From: Octopus vulgaris | Lineage: Eukaryota | Length of the DNA: 64,000 nucleotides | NCBI GenBank assembly: GCA_951406725.2 | Contig: OX597839.1 | Location: 25,730,001-25,794,000 of the forward strand | Direction of reading: 5' to 3' | Part shown: one piece after another, positions 54,727 through 64,000 of the stretch | How the letters are laid out: the number at the start of each line of letters is the position of its first letter | Position numbering within the stretch: position 1 is the stretch's first letter | The notes under the pieces: model-generated | Database searches by the model: none | What the model was told of the DNA's origin: nothing | What the model saw: the letters and a program-made list of their open reading frames with translations, nothing else | Program-made: the position numbers and the translations under genes

Positions 54727-54948
54727 CCCTTTAGCATTTAAACCGACCATATCCGGCCAAAAGTATTCTGCCTGTTTTATGTTCAAACTGGCCAGGTCTG
54801 GTCTCTCACACCAACCCAACAATATTGTTTTAAAAATTAACAGCTACCTCATCAAAATCTCATAGCTACAAGATTAATGAATGATTAGTTCAAAACAATG
54901 TGGGTAAAAAAGGATTAATTTTGGCAGAATAATGCGAACACTAAAGGG
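54727..54948. mobile_element. piggyBac-like MITE
   Basis: TTAA-CCCTTTAG...CTAAAGGG-TTAA. Confidence 0.78.
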
Positions 54949-55780
54949 TTAAGGTTTAGACCTACAAATATTACTTAGATTTTTACTTTGAACTTTTGCA
55001 TGAACTGGCACTGGAAGCAGAGTTGGTCCAGAAACAATTGTAACTGTCATTACGGATGTGTTAAAATCATTGTTTTTCTGTTTGGATTACATTTTACTCT
55101 TTACTAAACCCAAACAATAGTTTTATCATTCCGACACTTGAAGAATTTTGATCTTACTTCAGACTATAATTCAAGAGTGTAGACAGCCTGATGCCCAGGT
55201 TGAGTGATGCATTGAAAATACCACATCTTTCTATCCTCCTTGATGATGATGATGATAGACACACGTATATATATATATATATACACATATTTGTAAACAA
55301 ACTCAAAGGCTTTGTAAGTTATGGAGAAAGAGCAACTATGAAAGTCTTTTATACAACAATAACTATATAATAATGTATCATAATAATAATATATATGCTC
55401 CAATTTAAAGCGACATTTATCTAAATGATTGACTGAAAAATGATGAGCTAGAATTGAACCTACAAATCAATGCTTACACGGCTCCTTGTGCATCCAATTG
55501 GACCAACACGCTCACCCAAAAAAATTCAGCCAAATTATATGTATAGATACATAACTGTCTATTACTACATATAATATTTGTAAGCAAACACAAAAGCTTT
55601 GTAATTTACAAAGAAAGAGCAACTATGAAAGTCTTTTATATAATAATAACTATATAATCTCATAATAAGAGTAGAAATACTCCGATCTAAAGCGACATTT
55701 ATCTAAATGATAAATATATATATATATATATATATAAATGAAAGAATGGGGTCGAACGACGATTTAACAAAATTCCTTTA

Positions 55781-55865
55781 TTCTCGACATATGTTTCGAA
55801 GACTGCATATTCCTAATTCTGAAGGAATAAGGGGTGCATTATGCCGCCTACTCATCAGGAAAGAC
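55781..55865 (-). ncRNA. Type I hammerhead ribozyme motif, canonical core, extended stem II
   Basis: UUUC-CUGAUGA-G..UGCA..UAUUCCU(loop)AGGAAUA UGCA..C-GAAA-CAUAUG-UC-GAGA. Palindromic stem III ACAUAUGU, GUC cleavage triplet. Confidence 0.7.
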
Positions 55866-56149
55866 AAGGAACTTATGTCAGCATCATGATGAACAAAAAC
55901 TTTTAGATGACTGCCCACACGGAGTCCATAGTGATAATGACGTGAATTTGCTACCCAGGTATCGGTTAACCGAATTATCCATACTAGGATAATTCATTCA
56001 ACTACTTATATATATATATATTCATCACTGATAAAATTCAGCACGGAATTTTGTCAGGGAACAGATCAAGGTCTCAAAGTGATGAAAATATTTTGACAAA
56101 TTAAATTTAATGACAAATGAAGTGAGTTCATGGCTCGCAGGACGGCCTG

Positions 56150-56565
56150 CCGTGCTAACCAAGGATCGTAGAGTGACCCACTGTTCTTGAGGAGACCTAT
56201 TGAGTCAAGTACGTCAACACCAACATCAAAATGAAAACCAAATGGAAATTGTAGTTAAGATACCCGTGCCGGTGACACGTAAAAAGCACCGTCCAAACGT
56301 GGCAGATGCCAGCGCCGCTTGACCGGCATCCATGTTGGTGACACTTAAAAGCACCAACCTATCGTGGCCGTTTGCCATCCTCCCCTGGCCCCTGTGCTGG
56401 TGGCACATAAAAAGCACCCACTACACTCATGGAGTGGTTGGCATTAGGAAGGGCATCCAACAGTAGAAACATTGCCAGATCAAACTGGAGCCTGATGCAG
56501 CCTCCTGGCTTCCCAGACCCCGGTCGAACCGTCCAACCCATGCTAGCATGGAAAGCGGACATTAA

Positions 56566-56596
<31 letters not shown>
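56150..56596 (+). mobile_element. RTE LINE 3' UTR / family D repeat
   Basis: CTTGAGGAGACCT.TTGAGTCAAGTAC matches the reverse of 28710-28740; (GAT)n tail. Confidence 0.82.
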
Positions 56597-56597
<1 letters not shown>

Positions 56598-56887
56598 ATA
56601 TGTATGCGTGTGTCTTTGTCTCCCACCACTGCTTGATAACTGGTGCTGGTTTGTTTACGTCCCTGTAACTTAATGGTGTTCAGCAAAAGAGTCTGATAGA
56701 ATAAGTACCAGGTTTAATTAAAAATAAACACAGGGGGTTGATTCGTTTGACTAAAATTCAAAGTGGTGCCTCAACATGGTCATTAGTCTAATGGCTAAAA
56801 TTAGCAAAAGATGAAGTTATTATAATTAAACGAAGCCCATCGCACAAATTTGAGGAGGGGTGTGTGTGTGTCTGCATGTGACTCTCT

Positions 56888-57283
56888 TTACTCTTTTACT
56901 TGTTTCAGTCATTTGAAAGCGTCCATGCTGGAGCACCGCCTTTAGTCGAGCAACTCAACCCCAGGGCTTATTCTTTGTAAGCCCAGTACTTATTCTATCG
57001 GTCTCTTTTGCCGAACCGCTAAGTGATGGGGACATAGACAAACCAGCATCGGTTGTCAAGCAATGCTAGGAGGACAAACACAGATACACAAACATACATA
57101 TATTTTTTTATACATATACACAACGGGCTTCTTTCAGTTTCCGTCAACCAAATCCACTCACAAGGCTTTGGTTGGCCCGAGGCTATAGTAGAAGACACTT
57201 GCCCAAGGTGCCACGCAGTGGGACTGAACCCAGAACCATGTGGTTGGCAAACAAGCTACTTACCACACAGCCACTCCTGCGCC
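56888..57283 (-). mobile_element. SINE family A, full length
   Basis: Matches family A. Confidence 0.9.
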
Positions 57284-57319
57284 CATTAGGATAATTTTTT
57301 CAAAATTAATACCACAGTA

Positions 57320-57720
57320 TGTGGCTGTGTGGTAAGTAGCTTGCTAACCAGCCACATGGTTCTGGGTTCAGTCCCACTGTGTGGCATCTTGGGCAAGTGT
57401 CTTCTGCTATAGCCCCGGGCCGACCAATGCCTTGTGAGTGGATTTGGTAGACAGAAACTGAAAGAAGCCTGTCGTATATATGTATATATATATATGTATC
57501 TGTGTGTGTGTGTTTGTCCCCTTAGCATTGCTTGACAACCGATGCTGGTGTGTTTATGTCCCCGTTACTTAGCGGTTCGGCAAAAGAGACCGATAGAATA
57601 AGTACTGAGCTTACCCAAAGAATAAGTCCCGGGGTCGATTTGCTCGACTAAAGGCGGTGCTCCAGCATGGCCACAGTCAAATGACTGAAACAAGTAAAAG
57701 AGTAAAGAGTAAAAGAGAGT
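57320..57720 (+). mobile_element. SINE family A (head-to-head with the previous copy)
   Basis: Matches family A. Confidence 0.9.
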
Positions 57721-58036
57721 ATAACAAACACTACACAGCTTAGGCAGATGTTAACGAATTAACGAATTAACGAAGCAAATGCTGAAGAAATGAACAGAAC
57801 ACTAGAAATTTTGAAATGATTATTTTTATTTTAATCTCAAGTGAAAATACAATCTCCATTTTAAATAGCTAGTCTAAATGACTTGCACATACAGTTTGAA
57901 CAGTTATAGGCTGCCCCTGGGCAGGGCTATAAATGTCTTTTTGTTACACATCTGAGTCAGTCGAGTGTCACACGTCCCCATACGCACACACAGACACTCC
58001 AGCACACGTACACATACACATACACAAGTTTATAAC

Positions 58037-58067
<31 letters not shown>

Positions 58068-58359
58068 CATACACAAGCTTATAACATATATATATATATA
58101 TACACATACACAAGTTTATAACATATATATATATATACACATACATACATACATACATATATATATATATATATGTAATGTATATATATAAACATACCCA
58201 CCCACACACACACATATCATTATTATTATTATTATTATTATAATATAATATCAGGCTGCTAGAATTTAAAAAAAAAGAATAGGTGGGGGGAATCACTCCA
58301 GCCTGTTAAATGAAAAACTAGGTGTGTTTTCATCATCATCATCATCATTATCATCACCA

Positions 58360-58453
<94 letters not shown>

Positions 58454-58739
58454 ATTTAAAAAAGGAGATGTATAGTGGTGATATATAAAAAAGGAAATGA
58501 AGAAAATGCTGACAAATAATTGAAGTAATTTAAGTAATTTAATTAGGTGAATGTTCTTTTACCGGTTGCGCATTTGTTATGCTTATCAAAATATAAAAGA
58601 GGATTAGAGTCACATGCAGGGGTGTGTGTGTGTCTGCATGTGACTCTCAGCATTTTCTTCATTTCCTTTTTTATATGTATGTATATATATATATATATGT
58701 ATGTATATATATATATGTATGTATATATATATATATATG

Positions 58740-58786
<47 letters not shown>

Positions 58787-59899
58787 GTGTGTGTGTGTGT
58801 ATGTGTGTGTGTGGTGGTGGGGGGTGTATGTGTGTGTAGTTACAATGTTGTAATTGACCTGCAGCTAGGATTTGAGTAAAGTTAGTGCTGCTAGTATTAG
58901 GGTTCAGATATTCATATTGATGAATATCCATAGAAATGGTGGTGGGTGGTGGTCATGGGAGGGGGGGCAGGGGGGTAAGAAGAATGAATGGTAGAAAGAG
59001 AGATAGAGTTAGCAGATAGAGTAATAGAATTATAGACAGATTTAAAAAAAAAAAAATAATAAAGGACCAAATAGCCAGGTGATAGCGTTACCGAGAAATC
59101 ACGCAATAATTTGAACAGAACATTTGGAATTTGGCAATAGGGTTTCAAACTCGCACACAGGCATCAGGCAGGAAGGTACAAATTAGCCATTTATTCATTT
59201 AAAAAAAAAAAAAATTGCTGTAAGCCCTAAGTTACAAAGGGCAAGTGGGGTTCAAATTTCAATGCTGCTTTTTTTCTTCTTACGAAACCCTACATTTTTT
59301 TTGACGACATAGGTTTTGGTTTTTATGCTATTGTTGTTGTTGTTATTATTATTATTATTATCTCTAGGCTCTTCGTTTAAATCTCGTTAGGGTTCTAGAG
59401 ATGAAGTGAAAGAGGAAAAGGTCTTGGAAGAATCTCACAGAATATCAGAAGCAAGATATTCTAATAATTGTTTGTAATATTGATGAAAAAACCCTGAAAT
59501 TTATGGTAAGAGAGTGTTAGCCATTTACAGCTCCCTAACTTGAGTGCTTAATATTTTAATCAACCTTGGAACGATGCAAAGTGCAGTTAACCTCGGCAGG
59601 ATTTGAACCAGGGAAATTTAAAAAAAAAAAAAAAAAAAAAGAACCAATATTGCAAGGTAATTAACTTTGGTCAACTTTTTAAAATACCTCACAGTATTTG
59701 TTCTAGGTTTTGAGTTCAATTTCAGCCTTTCACCCCTCTGGGATTGCAGAAGTTCCGTACCACGAAATACACTGGATCGAAATAATTGACTCGCTCCCTC
59801 AACCCCCCTGGGCCTAAATTAGAAAATATAATAATAGTCCCGTCTAATTTTAACACAAGGCAAGCGATTTTGAGGGGTGGGGGAAAGTCTATGACATCA

Positions 59900-60286
59900 T
59901 GGAAGCACTCCGTTGGCTACGACAATGAGGGTTCCGGTTGATCCGAATCAACGGAACAGCCTGCTCGTGAAATTAACGTGTAAGTGGCTGAGCACTCCAC
60001 AGACACGTGTACCCTTAACGTAGTTCTCGGGGATATTCAGCGTGACACAGAGAGGGACAAGGCCGGCCCTTTGAAATACAGGTACAACAGAAACAGGAAG
60101 TAAGAGTGAGAGAAAGTTGTGGTGAAAGAGTACAGCAGGGATCACCACCATCCCCTGCCGGAGCCTCGTGGAGCTTTTTAGGTGTTTTCGCTCAATAAAC
60201 ACTCACAACGCCCGGTCTGGGAATCGAAACCACGATCCTATGACCGCGAGTCCGCTGCCCTAACCACTGGGCCATTGTGCCTCCAC
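59900..60286 (-). mobile_element. SINE family C, full length
   Basis: 12-bp TSD TCTATGACATCA at 59888-59899 and 60288-60299. Confidence 0.9.
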
Positions 60287-60511
60287 ATCTATGACATCAA
60301 CCCTGTATTGAATGGTATTTGAACGCAGAAAACAAAACAACTGGAATAGATACGACCAAGAATTTTGTCTGAGATGCTAATGATTCTGCCAGCTTGCTGC
60401 CCTTCCCAATAATGATTTTGAAAATTTGGTACAAGGCCAGAAGGCCAATAATTTTGTAGGAGGGGATAAGTCGATTACATTGACCCCTGCCCAGTGTTCA
60501 ACAGGTACTTG

Positions 60512-60867
60512 TTACCTCCGCCTTAGCAAAGACGGAGGTATTGTTTTCAGTTGTCTGTACATGGAAAAAGATATCTCAAGACCCCCTGGATGGATTCAGA
60601 TGAAACTTTCAGGGATGTTTGGCCTCGTAACTGGCATAAACTGATTAAATTCTGGGATCAATCTGGTACAGGACAAGGATTCTGGATTATTTTTCCTGTT
60701 TTTTTACTTCATTTTTGAAAGCAGTCAGGTTCATTTTTAGTATTCTCGTTTGTGAGAGCAATCGAGTATATTTCAGATATTCTCATTTTGAAGATCATCT
60801 CTGGCTAATCATTGAGAGGACATTAGTGTTGCCTTGACTGAGGTTTGCGCTCTCTGAGTGCTCTTGC
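60512..60867 (+). mobile_element. Helentron/DINE-1-like element inserted in a family B SINE
   Basis: TTACCTCCGCCTT..GACGGAGGTA start, GCGCTCTCTGAGTGC hairpin end. Homologous to 2202-2555. Confidence 0.68.
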
Positions 60868-60869
60868 TT

Positions 60870-61560
60870 TACTTATTTTATCGAAGTTGACCTCAGTGGA
60901 ATTTGAACTCAGAATATAAGGACACATGAAGTTCCACTAAGCATTGTGTCCGTCATGCTAATGATTTAGTTTGCTCACTGCCTTAACAATAAAAATGGTT
61001 TCAAATCTTGGCACAGGGCCAGGTATTTTGGAGAGGGAACTAGTCAAATTACTCCAACACCCAGCACTCAGCTGGTACTTATTCTCCAAACCCACAAAGG
61101 ATGAACACAAAGCTGACGTCGGCGGCATTTGAACCCTGAACATAAAGACAAAATGCTACAAAACATTTTACCAGGTGTGCTAATGATTAAGCCAGCTCAC
61201 AGCCTTTGCCTTATTATTAATGGTTTCAAATTCTGGCACAAGGCCTGCAAATTCTTGGGTGGGAGTAAGTCAGTTATATCTATTTCTTTACTACCCACAG
61301 AGAGGACTAATAAGGACAGAAAAACGGATTAAGTCAATTTATCGACCCCAGTGGGTAACTGGTACTTAATTTATCGACCCCGAAAGGATGAAAGGCAAAA
61401 TCAACCTCGGTGGAATTTGAACTCAGAACGTAGCGGCAGACGAAATACGGCTACGCATTTCTGCCAGATCATCGCCTAAGTCAGTTATATCGACTCCGGT
61501 GCTCTGCTGGTACCTTTTGGTGCCAAAAGGATGAAAGACAAAGTCAACCTCAGTAGAATT
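60870..61560 (-). mobile_element. Cluster of diverged SINE family B monomers
   Basis: Repeated TTTCAAAT.TTGGCACA.GGCC and ATTTGAAC.C.GAAC motifs. Confidence 0.72.
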
Positions 61561-61989
61561 ATCTTTCCAAAGTTGTCCCATGGTTTTAAGGAGTATCTGT
61601 GAGAGTTCATCCATTCATTGAAGAAGGACAAAGGACACATAAAAACAAGAGTACAGCGGAATTCATGAGAGAATCCACACACACACACACACATACATAT
61701 ATATTTATATTTTATACCTACATACATACATATGTACCAAAGGAAAAATCAGATTTTCATTTTTGATTGTTAAATTTTAGAAAGAGTGGACGGTGGCGGT
61801 GAACGCTATCTTCTCCCCACAGGAATACACACACCTGCAAACCGAGACACACAAGCACATCAACTGCCCAAATGTTGGCGAAAGAGTTCACGTCAGACTC
61901 TTTCCAGCAACGAGCAGAAAGAGGAAAACCAAGAGAAACAGATGGAGAGAGAGAGAAACTGAAGGAGGAGGGTCATAGGAGAGGTTTAA

Positions 61990-62212
61990 CCCTTTCGTTA
62001 CCGTATTTCTGTTGAGATGCTCTGTGTTTCTTTCAATTCATTTTAAATATAAAAAAGAATTTAGTAAAATAACTTGGTTATCAATTCAGCTAGTGTTAGG
62101 AACGTAAATTTTAACTAAGATTTGGTGGAAGATTTTAATTCAAAACTTTTGAAAACAAGACATTTATACTAAAGAGACAGAGCTAGTTTCAGCCGTGTTG
62201 GTAACAAAAGGG
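61990..62212. mobile_element. piggyBac-like MITE
   Basis: TTAA-CCCTTTCGTTACC...GGTAACAAAAGGG-TTAA. Confidence 0.8.
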
Positions 62213-63049
62213 TTAAAGTTAGTGAAGTAACAAGAAATGCAGATGTTAATACCATATTTGGTAGCATATAAGACATTTTTGTTTCCATAAAAAAAAGTTT
62301 CAAGAAAAAAGCAAAAAAAAAAAAAAACCACTTTAGGTCATGTTTGTGGCATTTGGCCTCCCTTAAACAAATTCTGTCCCTGGCGTTCAGATTTCTTTCC
62401 TGAATATGCGCTGCTGGATTTGGGATGCAGCTAATAATCCCATGCTGTCTTTTATGCCATCAAATTTGGTAATTATTATTATTTTTTTGTTTGTTTTAAT
62501 CTTTACCTTACCTGTGTAAGTAAGTTTTCATTAGTAAATTATCATCACCATAATAATTAATTAATAAACATAGCAGAGCAATATTATACTTGGGACCTTT
62601 CTAACAACAAGATAGGCAACATTCAACAGCAGATATACAGTCCAAATCATTTACAGAGCAATATTAGCTTTAAAAAAAAAAAAACCCAAAAAACCCATTG
62701 TTTTGGGGTGGGTGTTGGTTATTTCTGCCCACACCCAATTTTGAAATTTTCCTTCCAATTAAAAAGAAGAGACTTTATTTTAAAAAACCCAACTAAATTT
62801 AAAATGCTTCTCCCACCCTTCCCATTATAAAAATGAAATCTCCCATTAAACAGATCTATAAGGTATGGATTTAAATACTTTTTCATTGCGATTGATTTTC
62901 TTCTTCTGAACTTAAAGAACAATACCAAAGTAATTGAAACTTCCCATTCTTCCTTGCAAAATAATGGGACATTTGTGTCAAAACACTCGAGAATGTGTGT
63001 ATATAGATCATATACATTTGTATATATACACACATCCTTATTTCTCTCA

Positions 63050-63080
<31 letters not shown>

Positions 63081-63277
63081 TATATATATATTATGGCTGC
63101 CCCCTCGTTATCGAGTATGGCCATTGCACGAAGCTTAACTGTTATTGGTGCTGTGATCGAATGTGACTTTTTAGCCCAGCTAAAGATCTACAATGTCTTG
63201 TACAAAATTGGCAACTAAGACCTTTACTGGTAATAGCCGGCTGTAGTTGTAACTGGGCTTCATGTACCTTTGCACGT

Positions 63278-63312
<35 letters not shown>

Positions 63313-64000
63313 GATGATGATATATATATACATACACACACACATATATATATATACACATGTATATATATACATTCTATTATTATTAGAGCTGCAAAAA
63401 CATCACAAAAAAAAACTGCTACTCAAAGTTTCATGTTTCCTTTGATCGGGCAGTTGCGATTGTGAAATTCTGAATAGCAGTTTTTCGCAGCTTTGATAAT
63501 AATAATAATAATAACAATAATAATGATAATAAAAAGCTTATTACTCTGCCTCCAATATTCAAGTACTATTTTTTTCCACCTTGTTTTGCAATTATGTGCT
63601 TACTCATGTGTGTATATGTATATATATATATCATATCATGGAATGGTAATGTTTTTTTTTTTGCCAAATAAACACACACACTATATTTGGAGAAAGAAAA
63701 AGAACAAAAAAAAAAATCCTGGAATATAACAATATTTGTTTCAACACACAATTTCATATCAAGAATCTTGCAGAACAAATTCATAAACTTGTGTTTGTGT
63801 ATATATATATATATATATATAATAGCAATGGAAGCAGTTTTAGTACCAAAAGGCAATCTTAATCTCCAACTTAATGTGGATATCGTGTTAAAACACAGAA
63901 TTCTGTGTTATTTACTCTGAGAGTACCACTCATATGGACTTGAGCTACATAAAAGCACTCATTATATAGACAGACAAGAACTGTCTGTGCTCTCTCTCTC

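Noticed and set aside
61781-61978. Exon-like purine-rich segment after TTTTAG
   Set aside because: No recognisable domain and no convincing donor site; ends in GA-rich sequence.

Overview
AT-rich eukaryotic, repeat-dominated DNA. The SINE/LINE repertoire and long (TA)n tracts resemble octopus/coleoid cephalopod genomes, which is an inference from recalled repeat families, not a search. I found no intact protein-coding gene; nearly all ORFs in the track are microsatellite or SINE read-throughs. Solid features: three intact nuclear tRNA genes on the minus strand (Thr-CGT, intron-containing Tyr-GTA, Leu-TAA); about 25 copies of a CORE-type tRNA SINE plus two other SINE families; a decayed CR1-group LINE reverse transcriptase; RTE and CR1 fragments; a mariner transposase broken by nested insertions; and several non-autonomous DNA transposons (8-bp-TSD Merlin-like MITEs, TTAA piggyBac-like MITEs, Helentron-like elements, a 66-bp-TIR element, an 800-bp foldback). 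The most interesting signal is about seven minimal type I hammerhead-ribozyme-like motifs of the Penelope/retrozyme kind. Two of them sit in a short element that couples a tRNA-Ile-like Pol III head to the hammerhead (3822-4516 and 44750-45118). Repeat boundaries were read by eye and are approximate unless a TSD or TIR is quoted.
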